Source: Lytechinus pictus
Taxonomy: Eukaryota
Reading direction: 5' to 3'
Length of the DNA stretch: 64,000 nt
NCBI RefSeq assembly: GCF_037042905.1
Contig: NC_087251.1
Span: 5,272,001-5,336,000 of the forward strand
Of the stretch, positions 12,149 to 24,228 are shown one piece after another. A model generated the notes under the pieces. That model was given only the letters and a program-made list of their open reading frames with translations, was not told the DNA's origin and made no database searches. The first letter of the stretch is position 1. The number at the start of each line of letters is the position of its first letter. Made by a program: the position numbers and the translations under genes.

Positions 12149-14709
12149 AAATACCAACCGACAATAATCTGACTTGAATATATAAGTGGTAATGTTACAG
12201 CATGTACATTACCACTTTACCAGTCCAGTTTAGAAACCAATTTAAGATTTTGTTACTAGTATATCAACGTTTCTATGGATTAGCTCCTTCATACTTCAAT
12301 GAATTAGTCAGCCAAACACCATCTGCATTCACACAATAAGAATGTATTAATTGTTCCAGTAATATCAACAGAACATAATTCATTTACTCATGCTGCCCCA
12401 GTTTTATCTAGGAGGTTTCAAATGAGATGGAGTAACAGCAAATAAAATCTCTTTGAACAAGGTTGAAAACCGCCAGCAGAAAGTATGTCAGGCATGCACT
12501 TTGCTCAACATCTCTTGCAATAAGCCAGTTCGTAGTTCCACTCTGCGCATGATCAGAGGAAGGTCATTTGTACTAAAGTGACATGGTGGTTTAAAATTTA
12601 ATGAGATAAGCACCAACTTCGATGTCTTGATTATTCATATATTCTTTTGAATTGTGTTTTTCATTCACATCCACAAAAAACAGCGTCCACGAACGACTGG
12701 TATTTTACAGTTTGCCAAGTATATTATGCATTCAAAGTAGAAATGCAACAAATACCTTCATAGAGCGTTCAATGGTGTGCTATTCTAGTCACCTGGTCTA
12801 TTCAATTTCTTCACCCTGCTATGTAAGGCATGCTTACATAACATTGCATAATATCTTGCTTTGAAATCTGCTTATCTCAATGAAAGAAATGAAGGGTCAT
12901 TTGACCAAATTCCCATTCTTTTTAAGTGAGATTTTAAGAAGCTGCTGAGTAGTAATTGTACTACTGATTAGCTTTGGTATTGTCCAGTAATCCTACATTA
13001 AGTAATATCTCTCCTTAATTTGATTTTACCTGCTTTACATTGACTCTGAACCCCCCCCCCCTCTCTCTCTCTCAGTCACCCCTCACAAACGATTAATTAT
13101 CCCTCTTTATATCTGTCTAAAATTCAATCTCTCTTTGAAGTAGACCATTCACATTGATAAGATTCTGATCAAATTAAATGTCAGAATCTTAAACGGTAAC
13201 TTATTGTTCCCTTGAAGTCTTGTATGGGAATTATATAAGGATATAAAATATTTTCTCCTCGTTCTTTGGGTCTCTGGCCGGGCTCTGCTCTATACCCTAT
13301 ACATACCCACTGCTGGTACTCCTGGCCCATCCCATGGCCGTAAACCAAGGAGTACTACAGCTTTCATTATAGTTATTCATACAACTCCAGTTGGTTATCT
13401 TCATCGATATTTTGTATTTGTACATCTGCAGTTCGTTAAATCTATCTAATAATGATCCGCGCGTCAATCTGGGCGTTTGCATAATGGTAAAGTGCAGAGC
13501 CTATAGACCCTGATATTAACATGACAATGGAACGCTATTCTTAAAACAAATATCACCATTATCATGATTTTTGCTCTAGATATCTGATTTGGATGATGAT
13601 AAAAATATTGACTGGTTCTTCTTTCGGGGAACATCAAATATATTGCCCTCGTCTTAAGACTCTGGTCAATATGATTCTTTTGCTGGCAATATATTTGATG
13701 TTCCCCTCAAGGCCAGTCAATGTTATATAATTATACACTACCGTTGTTTATACATGAGTCTATTGTGTTTAGTTTACAGCATACCGAAATTCCATCTAAA
13801 AGTGCCAAAAATGAATCGAAAACGTTTCAAAACCGTCATTAGACTACCACAAAAAATAATTTGCTTTTCTTTGATTTATTCCAAACGAGCCCGTCATATG
13901 CTTAAAAGTATAGCGTACAACCATAATACAGACTTAAGGGGCATTTCAGGCTGAATGATGATGTAGACTCATCAATGACACAGCGAGCAAAGAAAAAGAG
14001 GATCACCTAAACGTTGCATTAGTCTTAGACATGTTAGATCACAATGTGCTTATAAGCACAAACCTACTAGCATATCGCAATTCGAAGATTATACGTATAA
14101 AACAACATGTTACCATAAAATATAAATTATGTCAAACGTACGTTAAAATGAAGCGATTTGAAGAGTAAAATCAGACAAAACACTGAAAATTTCATCAAAA
14201 TCGGATTAGTATAAAGTTATAACATTAAAAATGTATTATTTTACATCATTCCACATTTACGAAATAACATTTACCTGATTTTTTGTCTCCAAATAATGTG
14301 AAAAATAGGTCTGATTGTTGATTTACTGTGTAAGATAATCATTGCTGGAGCTGGATGAAAAGTCGACGGTTTAATATAACAAAAATGATTGTGAGACCTG
14401 GCATCGTGCATGTAACTAATTTCACAAAATATTCCTAAACTTTGAATTTCAGTAACTTCCTTATTCGTTGTGATGAATTTTCAGCATTTTGTTCGTTGAA
14501 TTTAATTATATCTACTAAGCTGTTATACTACCCCTTTACAGGGGGAAACACTAATTGTAGTTTTAAATGCACTTCACCATAAAACATCAAACATGTCGAA
14601 ATAAACACATACGTCACTAAGTTACTTTGACATAATTATAATATGGTACATTATGAGACATTACCACCCATATCAGACATCTGAGCTAGTAATTTACAAA
14701 CCGTATTAC

Positions 14710-14770
14710 CAGTGGCGTACCTAGGATTTTCCACAGGGGGGGCAAAACCCTCCGCCAAAAAAATTTGACA

Positions 14771-14820
<50 letters not shown>

Positions 14821-15005
14821 TCTTCAAGCTCGTCAGGGGGCATTGAAGGTCTTAAAGCTCGTCAGGGGGGGGGGGCAAAAAAGGTTTTTCAAGCCTGTCA
14901 GGGGGGCAAAGATACGTTTTTGCATGGGTTGTGACTCGTCAGGGGGGCAGAGTGCCCCCCCCTGCCGCCCCCCCCTCCCCCCGCCCCCCCGTAGGTACGC
15001 TAGTG
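14710..15005. mobile_element. hAT-like MITE with internal poly-A
   Basis: CAGTGGCGTACCTA ... TAGGTACGCTAGTG termini; perfect 8-bp TSD CGTATTAC (14702-14709, 15006-15013). Confidence 0.8.
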
Positions 15006-15128
15006 CGTATTACCCTAGATTTTCTGAATACCTGGAAGAGGTATAGGTATATATTGTTTGTATTTTGCTCGGTCTCTGTGCGCGTATTGACTTTGCATGC
15101 AGAAACGACCCAAAATATATTTTCCCTG

Positions 15129-15287
15129 GGGCCCGTTTCATAAAGGACTTTAACTGTTGTAACTTTGCCATAATGGTAACTACCATGGCAACAGGGCTTA
15201 GCAGCCAATCATAATCAAGGTTTTCAATGGTAGTTGCCATATAATGGCAAAGATACAACAGTTGCAAGTCCTTTATGAAACGGGCCC
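15129..15287. mobile_element. Harbinger-like MITE
   Basis: TIR GGGCCCGTTTCATAAAGGACTT / AAGTCCTTTATGAAACGGGCCC, flanked by CTG and CAG. Confidence 0.75.
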
Positions 15288-15338
15288 CAGTCTCACATCC
15301 AAGCTTTTGAGGATGCGTAGAAAGAGATACGTTTCATA

Positions 15339-15789
15339 TACCGTGTTTACACTTAATCGGCATTTGAATCGGCTCGCGGTTCAGAACCGCGAGCCGATTC
15401 AGCATCGGCTTTTTCATAGCGTGTAAACGCGAGCAACTTGAATCGGCTCGCAGTTCAGAACCGGCAATTTGCACCATCAAAGTAGTAGGTTCTGAACCGC
15501 GAGCCGATGCAGAATCGGCTTTTTTACTACGTGTAAACAGAAAGCCGATTCTGCACCGGCAATTTGTGCGCATTTCAATTACTTTACCATTGTGACGTTA
15601 TTGTAAGCGCACTGATCCAGCGTTGTCTTTATTGTGACGTATATTGTAGGTATGCGTATCATTTCAGGTTTTTGCATCGGCTCGCGGTTCTGAACCGCGA
15701 GCTGTAACAACGTGTAAACGCAATCCAAATGCCGATTCTGCATCGGCATTTGGTTCAGAACCAATTGCCGATTAAATGTAAACACGGTA
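15339..15789. mobile_element. TIR MITE (PIF/Harbinger-like), same family as 37133-37880
   Basis: TACCGTGTTTACACTTAATCGGCA ... TGCCGATTAAATGTAAACACGGTA; internal palindromes CTCGCGGTTCAGAACCGCGAG. Confidence 0.8.
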
Positions 15790-16067
15790 ATAATGATCTA
15801 ATCCGCGAACACTGGAACAGGGCGCTAGATATGCGTCCCTAGCCCTAGGGATAGTCTGCAGGCACAGACCCTGATTGGAACTTTGATCAACAACTGTGCC
15901 TCCACGCAAAGACTAGCACATACAAAACTAGCGAGAGAGCCTTCAGTACACAAGGCATGAGTAGGCTGCACATTCAGACCCTTAACTCGAATGAAGGGTT
16001 TGCCCAGCTAACTACCCTAGGGACGCGGCCTTATAATTACAAGTGCGTCATCATGATGAAATACAGT

Positions 16068-16590
16068 AAACAAATATATCGGGCTTTGAGAAAGTATAGT
16101 GGAATTATTTATCCGAGGTTGGTCTGGCAATTACTATTTTTTCCCGAGGGGCGAAGCCCCGAGGGAAATATAGTAGTTTTGCCAGTCCAACCGAGGATTA
16201 ATAATTCCCACTATGCTTTCGAATGAAACGCCTGATATATTTGCTTTATATCCTACTTTTAATAATTTATAACCAAAATCTATGCGCTGAGCATGCAAAG
16301 TCCTGTTGAATTACCTACTTTTCTCCGAGCCACCGCGCCCAGCGGAACGCAGATTAGTGTCTGCGCTGACGCATCGCGCTGGACTTGCGCGCCCGGGAGA
16401 GAGAGAGCGCGCAAGCCGGTGCGCCGAGATATCCAGTTTTGTGAAATAATGACGTCAGAATATTGGTATATCCAAAAATATATCGAGGTCTGACGTCACG
16501 CAACATCATAGTTGAAATATATTCGGTCACATGATGCTACTTGAACCAATTAATCACTATACAGGATTTACTCTATGTAGGATATAAAGC
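16068..16590. mobile_element. Non-autonomous element with terminal hairpin and asymmetric inverted repeats
   Basis: Long hairpin at about 16068-16245 centred on CCCGAGGGGCGAAGCCCCGAGGG. GCTTTATATCCTAC (about 16243) pairs with GTAGGATATAAAGC (16577-16590). Confidence 0.55.
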
Positions 16591-17345
16591 TTGATATAAA
16601 CCAACGAACGTTGAGGCAGCAACCCACAATACTGCTAGCTGTCCTCTACATATACTTTCGTTGATATAAACATTACAAAGTACAACCATATCCTTGAAAG
16701 AAATATTTCCATTTTCATGATGTTTACTCTACATGTCTGATTTGTATCATATTAAAAATATTGGCTCTTCTTTCGGGGAACATCAAATATATTGCCCTCG
16801 TCTAAATGTGAAATTATCAAAATTAGAATGAGAATTTTAGCAAAATGAAATGTACAGTTAAGATAATATTCAATTCGAAATAAAAATCAGTACTAATTGA
16901 ATATGTACTGAACTATAGATTACAGTCGTTTTATGATTTATTCAACGGTAAAATCAGTAAGATGGTAAATTTATACTTTAATATCTCGGGACTAATGTTA
17001 ACATTATATTTGGAAAAAAAGCAGTAATTAATTCTCATATCAAACCTATGTACAATGGTAGTAAAATAATATATGTTAAAACATTATCAAGAACATGAAT
17101 ATGTTTCAAAATTAGTGCAGATTTAATTACCATATACCGTTGTCTAAACCAAGCACTATGTTTTATTTGATTACTGTACAAACCAGTAGAATGTTGTGTG
17201 AACAGCACGAGATTTAAAAATGATTTTTACTGAATCCAAACTGACATCTCATTTTTCCCCAATGAAATAATTCAGAAATCCAAATACATTTCTTAAATGA
17301 TAAGTAACTCAAGTAACATGGAGCTAATTGAGAGTCGACCTAAGC

Positions 17346-17502
17346 AGCCTGTTGCATAAAACTTTTTACCTGAGAAAACTCCGGTAAAAACTGAAAACTA
17401 AGCTTAGTCTGATTTCTGCCATTGACTTTAACACAGGGCAAAAACTCAGGTAAAAAATACCTGAGTTTTCTCAGGAAAAAAGTTTTATGCAACAGGCCCC
17501 AG
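17346..17502. mobile_element. Palindromic Harbinger-like MITE (inverted copy of 1425-1585)
   Basis: Near-identical reverse complement of 1425-1585. Confidence 0.7.
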
Positions 17503-17927
17503 AAGTAACATGTTTCGATATAATTATATATATTTTTTTACTTTTGGGCGGGGTGGGGGTACATATAATATTCTTGCCGATTTATATATTTTTTATCAGT
17601 CCGTGAGTTGCGCGACTCGTCTATTAGTAGAAAATACTATTCAGTCACGGCGCGACAGGATCTACCAATGCCTCTTCCATTAGTTGGTTGGTTGGTGTTG
17701 GAGCTGTTGGCGCTCTTCAATCTATGTAAATTGTCTCCGCTAGGTCGTTTCCAACTTCCAAATTTATAAACGTTAATGGATTTGTATTGACTAGTCTGCC
17801 GTGTCAAATACCGAAGTGCAATAATTATGATTAGTTACCTCCTCCATTGCTGTGCATCTTTGAAATCATGAAATAAGCTTATTTTATACACCTCGATCCA
17901 GTAGACGTTTCTCACTCATGTGTAAAA

Positions 17928-18965
17928 CTAGAGGGCGCTCTCCTCTTCATCAGGGGATGATGATTCTTTCAAAGGCTTCCTGTACATAAAGCTAAGTTCG
18001 TCATTCGTCGGGGAATAAACTACACCCGTTACGTGTCCTCCTTTTATCAACACTTTGATGACAGTGATCAGCAGTTTCACGACAGTTTTCAGCAGTTTCA
18101 GACCAGAATGTATGAGTTTAATCAAAATGATCAAATTATCTGACTGCACCAGGGTTTTAAGATCCTTGACATATGTGTATGTGACATACGTTGTAATGAT
18201 CGTTTGTGGGGCACCTTCCAGAAGGGATTCCCATGTGCTTATGAATTTGGCCATGTCAGTTATCGACATTCTCCTGTATTCATGTAATGAGGTACGATGC
18301 TCAATAGTCACCATCTCTTTCGGGTTATCACCGCGACAGAATAAATACTTCATCCAAAGCACCCAGCTGTGACACGACAACACGAACACCAATATGGGCC
18401 CGATGAAGAAAAAAATAGAACAAACACAATCAATGAGGACCATGGCCAAGACTGCCATGGGATTGACGCCATCTGAGGGAGACGTGGGTTGATTCATGAT
18501 GCGGGCTGCAAGAGTGCATCCTATCAGTGGAATGTACGACACAAGAGACTGGAGAACGGTGATTTTACCGAATAATCCTTCTTCTGAAGTTGTCCGGTCA
18601 AAATATAACGCCGCTATCCACATTGCCTGGAATCGGAACGATAGATACAGAACAGCTATCAGTATCCACGCAAAGTAATTCGGAATTGTGTCATCTCTGA
18701 AATATCGAACGATCAGTAGAATGTCAGTAACGATATCAATGACGGTTGACCATTGCGTATAAATCCTCATGAAATCAGTTATTGCCGTTATTATTGGTGA
18801 GATGCAATTGTAACAAGACTTGCAACACGATATAAAAGGCGAGCAACATTTTTTGCACGGGTTGCAACATTTCTGGCAACATTCGCAACATTTGCAACAT
18901 CCTGCATCTTTCCCATCTTCACCTTTCGGAACCTTGGTAGATTTACCCTGGGCCATGGCGGTCAT
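17928..18965 (-). CDS. Intronless multi-pass membrane protein, XK-related (XKR)-like, with Cys-rich N-terminus
   Basis: Uninterrupted 345-codon ORF in AT-rich DNA with about 6 hydrophobic segments. DIVTDILLIVRYF and WESLLEGAPQTII resemble the XK-family D..TD and E...ESAPQ motifs. 15 Cys in residues 23-54. Family assignment is by motif recognition only. Confidence 0.7.
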   Translation of the reverse strand: MTAMAQGKSTKVPKGEDGKDAGCCKCCECCQKCCNPCKKCCSPFISCCKSCYNCISPIITAITDFMRIYTQWSTVIDIVTDILLIVRYFRDDTIPNYFAWILIAVLYLSFRFQAMWIAALYFDRTTSEEGLFGKITVLQSLVSYIPLIGCTLAARIMNQPTSPSDGVNPMAVLAMVLIDCVCSIFFFIGPILVFVLSCHSWVLWMKYLFCRGDNPKEMVTIEHRTSLHEYRRMSITDMAKFISTWESLLEGAPQTIITTYVTYTYVKDLKTLVQSDNLIILIKLIHSGLKLLKTVVKLLITVIKVLIKGGHVTGVVYSPTNDELSFMYRKPLKESSSPDEEESAL

Positions 18966-19471
18966 ACAATCATGTACAACGGATTCCCTTCAAAACTTGA
19001 CAAAGTTTTTAGGTATGGAAGTCGCTGAAGTGCACAAGATGATATAATGAATTCACCCTCTCCGCGGCTCTATTTTTGAATCTCTTCATGCAAATTTATA
19101 AGCGAAATGATACACAGATCAGATCTGCAGGAGCATGTATCACTAGTCTGGACAGCGTTATCTTTTCACTCAGCTTTTGGTTGGACCGGCTTTTACTGTG
19201 CCTTGGTTTTTATACCACGTGGAAGGAACTGAATACCATTCCGCATGCGCGAATTTACCAACCAATCGCGAAGAGCGTGTTAACTTTCTTAAATGCAAAC
19301 TATCCAGTCAGTGATGCAGATCTGTGACTATTAAAACACGAAGGGAGTTGTCCTCACACATGGGCGATACAATCCGACGCAAGAATAATGAGCTCGCACT
19401 TTTGTCAAACTTACAATAGACATTTAGTGATTACATTTCCCGCCAAATTGGCCTGTGGTTTTTATGACAGC

Positions 19472-19571
19472 CATAGGCGGCGGAGCAGAGGATTATCTTT
19501 TGTTTTTGGGGGGACGCAACAATAGCCGTCCCCCCAAACACAAAAGATAATCCTCTGCTCCGCCGCCAATG
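19472..19571. mobile_element. 100-bp fold-back hAT-like MITE
   Basis: About 41-bp near-perfect stem with a 10-nt loop; CATAGGCGG / CCGCCAATG ends; flanks ATGACAGC and GTGACAGC (8-bp TSD, 1 mismatch). Confidence 0.7.
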
Positions 19572-20968
19572 GTGACAGCCCGAAAGTTTGGAAAGCACTC
19601 GTCTCGACTGATCACAATTTTCATTCGTGATTTTCGAGGGAATACAATAGTGAGGAGAAATTTACAGAGTTAATAGGGTGTATTCGCCCCGCAACGCAGA
19701 ACGATTTCGAGAACATAATAGAAAATGCATTGGAAAATTACCGAATTCATTACACCGGGAAACTAACAAGTCTTTGTCGAAAACTGGTGAATCAAACCAA
19801 CGGTTTCGTCCTGCATGGATTCTGGAAAACGACATATTTGCAATTTTTTATCAGCTCCAAAACGAAACTGCTGTTGCGGTTCAATAATTATTATAATAAT
19901 TATTATTGACATAGACATCCCAGCAGTTCGTTTGCATTTTGAATTGTTGCTCAATCTCAGTCGGGTCTAATATTTTGATGAATTTGAACTTGAAATGTTA
20001 GTTGTCTCTCGACTCAGTAATTATCCCAGGTGGTATAATTTGAGGGCGTTAATTGCCGTTATATATTTATATTTTCCAGTGCATATTTTCAATCGACTAG
20101 TGTCTTTTGCAACCAGTACTGTGCACATAGAATGATAGAAAGAGCAGGGAGTTATGTTAATAGTTCTCTCTCTCTTTCGCTTATACACATTCTCTTTTTA
20201 TCTCTCATTCTTTCTACCCTGCATGCTTATCCCTCTATTCTATTATTCATGCCGTGAAATATTTACTGAAAGCAGACTTAAGGTGTAATGAAATACTGTT
20301 ATTTTTGTTTATTTGCTTATGTTTCACAAATCGTATATTTGTTTTGTACTACTTCGTATTTTTGTTTCAAACAAGAATATTTGCAAATGCCAATGGTATT
20401 TTAATAAATTAATTCATTCATTCACGTAATGGATTTTTTTCAATAGATTCACTTCAATTCGCTCTGCATCGCGTTGCGAACACTCCTTATTGCCCTCAAT
20501 CACAAAATGCTGAAAAGAATCTCCCTTCAAAGAAACTGATGACAATGGTTACAATAAATGATTGCGTAATCGCTTTGAGCTGGAGGTTGCAGATCGATCG
20601 TAGAGACTATACGCACATCGTCACACAACAACATGGAGGTCCACGCTGTGAGCTTGACGTAAAACACTGAAAAGGGCCAGAGCCGGGAACTTGTTACATA
20701 ACGCTTTTGCCATAAAAACACTAACAAATAATAATAAAGAAAAATCCTGGCAACCAAAATGCCTTTTTTCAGTGGCGTAACTACCTCCCCCCATTGCCTG
20801 CCCAAACAAAACAAAAAACGTAAAAGAGAGAGAAAAAAGAGAAACGTAGTGAGTGATTGAGAAGATATTATTGTATATTCTTATTACAGTAAGAATTATT
20901 TTTTCATAACTTTATGAAACATTATTTGTTTAGGGCCTATGCGTTCATCATTCCTGATGCTCGCATTA

Positions 20969-21431
20969 GGTGGTTTCAGACCGCCTCGAAGTTTGCCAAT
21001 TCCAGGTATTCTATGATCGGGAAATTTACCCCGATCAGAAAATACCAGGTATTTTGTCGGTGTGAAAGCAAATTACGCGTAATATCCCCGAAAGAAAATA
21101 CCCGATAAATAGTAGGTACTTGGCGAAATTACGAGAACTTTCGCGGGGATTTTTCCAAGGTCGTGGGTATTTTGGCGGTCTGAAAGCAAATTACGGGAAC
21201 TTTTAGCCCAGCGTGTCGTTGGGTGCGGCGCCGTGCATGGGTTGCTGCTGGGCTAGTGATTTTGAATTTCGCGCCTTGCTGCTTATCAGACCATACTGCG
21301 CATGCTCGTAACTTCAGGAACTATGTTTCAGGGCGGTGTGAATGCAGGAATAATTAATGGGTATTTTTCAGCCTAAAAAAGTTCTCGTAATTTAACGGGG
21401 ATTCTTGTGATCGAGGCGGTTTGAAACCACC
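20969..21431. mobile_element. TA-flanked MITE
   Basis: GGTGGTTTCAGACCGCCTCGA / TCGAGGCGGTTTGAAACCACC with TA on both sides. The empty site is visible in the paralogous copy at about 27950 (GCATTGTCTGTTTACTGAG). Confidence 0.85.
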
Positions 21432-21838
21432 TATCTGTTTACTGAGGTATATAATCCAGTTGTACCAAAATATCCAGTTTTCAAGTCAATGGTTGATTTC
21501 AAGTCTGGTGTTGGCCTTGGTGTTGGTGTTGAAATTTGGATTGCTTCCCCTCGCTCCAAAACTTATCCAGAGTTTGTAAAACTGATCCAGATCACATTAT
21601 TGACATCTCAACAACTATAGTGAGTGACTTTTCGGGATCATCTTCATTTTATGTTTGGTGTTATAATCGTGTAAAAATTGACCTAACACCAACACCAAAA
21701 GGTCAACACTGAACTTGAAATCACCCATTATACACCAAATATATTTCCTCGTTACTCGAGTTATAATTGTTTTATGTAGTGACATATGCTTCTTTTTTAT
21801 GACCACTTAAAGTGAATGCCCCCTTTAAGGTCTTAATA

Positions 21839-24228
21839 CATGGGCGGAAATCCCAGGGGGGACAGGGGGGACGTGTCCCCCCTACTCAAAATAGTAGGGG
21901 GGACACAATATCAAATGTCCCCCCCTGCTATTTTTGGTCTTTTATGATGGTAAGAAATACATCATTCTAAATCGAAATAAAACATATATTTTGGGACGAG
22001 ATGACCTTACTTTTGGGATGATAACCTTTTTTTTGCTTGTCAAATTTTCCCGCCCCTTGTCCCCGTAGGCGGACCAGGGGGCCGAGGGGCCCACCCCCCC
22101 CCCCCTCTTGGCGGAGCAAAAAAAAGAAAAAAATGGAAAGAAAGAAGGAATAGAGGGAATAGAGAGGAGAAAAAGAAGTGAAGGACGACGAGTGCATAAA
22201 ATAAAATGAGAGGAAGACTTGGAAAATAGAAAGAATCTTTCGTGCCACTAAATAAAAGTTTCGCTCGCGCTCAGGCGCGCTCGCATTGCCTGTTAGATGA
22301 CTTACATATCTCGCTCAATATAGAGCTCGAATGTCAAGTTTAGAAGTCAATATACAAAACATATTTCACCTCGGAAATCGAACTTTCATTATTTTGTGTG
22401 ATTTACAAATTGATTTTTAAAAAGTGCTCTGTAAAAATGTCAGTTTTATGGTCTGAATATTAACATTTGCTGCTTGCGCTGCGATCTCGCAAATTTTGAT
22501 TTATAAGGTACCTATTATTTTTCATAAAGTTGTCAAAATATCCCTTTTCAGGTCTGATTGTTAAGACGTATCAGCTAGCGCGCTGCACGCTTGCATTTTG
22601 ATTGGCGAGTTATATATGTTTCAATATTGATTATACAACAAACTACTTAAAATCCCCTTTTCATGACAGTTTATCAAAAATTTTAGCTCCCGATTTGCGC
22701 TCGCATTAATGGTTAAAAATATATTAACTTATGCATCCTATTCATAATTACAGAAGTAAAATGTCCAGTTTTTATGCCATAATATCAGATTTCGCTCCCT
22801 CATTAGGCATTAATAAATATGATATTAATTTAATAATCAAATTGTCCCTTTTGTTTCATCTCGCTTAGCAAGAGGAATAGGAAGATAGTCATCATTTTTA
22901 TATGATGACATGTCCCGGTCCTATGTCAAAGCTCAGAGTAATGATAATGAAAATATCAGCTCTTTTTTTAAGTGCGATCCATATCCACCTTACAATTTTT
23001 CTACAAAGTGCTTAAAATATAAAGCTGAAATTGACTCTTTTTTCAGATCGGAATATCAAAGTTTCATGATTTTCATGATTAAAGATGTATTTAGAATGCC
23101 TAGATTCTAGGTCTAAATATGAAACACGCGCGCGCATGTTTATTCAGATACTCAACTTGTTCTCTATTTAAATCATTATCCAGTTTCAGATCACAATATC
23201 AAAATTTTTCTGCTCGCGCTTTGTGCTCGCATTATTAATGTAGGAAGACCCCATATTACTCATCCTTTTCATGATTTACAAAACATGAACAGAGTGGCCC
23301 ATTTTTAGGTCTAAATCTCGATTTTTTTTTTCTGCTCGCGCTTCCCGCTCTCATCAATTATTAAATTATATAGCTATCCTGTTCACGATTACAAAAACTG
23401 ATTAAAATTTGCCATTCTTTCTTTAGAAAGTTCAAAAATTTTCAGCTCGCGTTTCGCCCTCGCATTTTTTTTAATTGTTGAAATATGTAACGCCTTCATG
23501 GCTAAGTGCAAGCAGTCCTTAACAGTTACCTTTTCAACAGGTAACAGTTCAAAACGTATATAAAAATTTTCTGCTCGCGCTTTGCGCTAGCATTATTAAT
23601 ACTCATCCTTTTCATGATTTACAAAACATGAATAGAGTGTCTCGTTTCAGTAAATATTATAGGACTAAATCTCGAAATTTTCCGCTTGCATCAATTGTTT
23701 ACTACTATACCTATTCTGCTTGAGTTACAAAAAGTGCTTAGAATTTCCATTCTTTAGGTGAAAAAGTAAAAAAAAAATTGCTCGCGCTTCGCGCTCGCAT
23801 TATTTGATAGTTAAATGCTACTTTAACATACTTTAACTTTAACTACTTTTCCATCAGTTCAATTGTGCTCGTGCTTTGCGTTCGTAGTAATAATTAAGTT
23901 GCGTACACATCTTTTTCAGGATAACAAACATTGCCCAGAATGTTCAAATTTTAGGAAAAATACATAAAATTTTCAAAAAAAAATTGCTCGCGCTTCGCGC
24001 TCGCATCATTTAAATAAGGATTATGATATTATATATTAATTTATAAGAATAAAGCTAAGAAGTGATTAATGAGGACTACCCCTTCAAAGAAAAAAAAATC
24101 ATCTTCGAGCTGCCGATCGGGGAAATTATGGCTGAAACAACTTTCCACCGCCCCCCCCCCCCCCTATTGGCGAAGGCTGGATCCGCCCCTGTATCCCCCC
24201 TACCTTTTGGGAGAGATTTCCGCCCCTG
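21839..24228. mobile_element. hAT-like non-autonomous element with a nested CTCGCGCTTCGCGCTCGCA-rich element (about 22064-24191)
   Basis: CATGGGCGGAAATC / GATTTCCGCCCCTG TIRs; perfect 8-bp TSD TCTTAATA; empty site in the duplicated unit at about 28454. Confidence 0.8.

Noticed and set aside
20527..20814. Triplicated small hydrophobic ORF (also 25423-25689, 27507-27734)
   Set aside because: Reflects the DNA duplication; starts and ends differ between copies and there is no recognisable domain.
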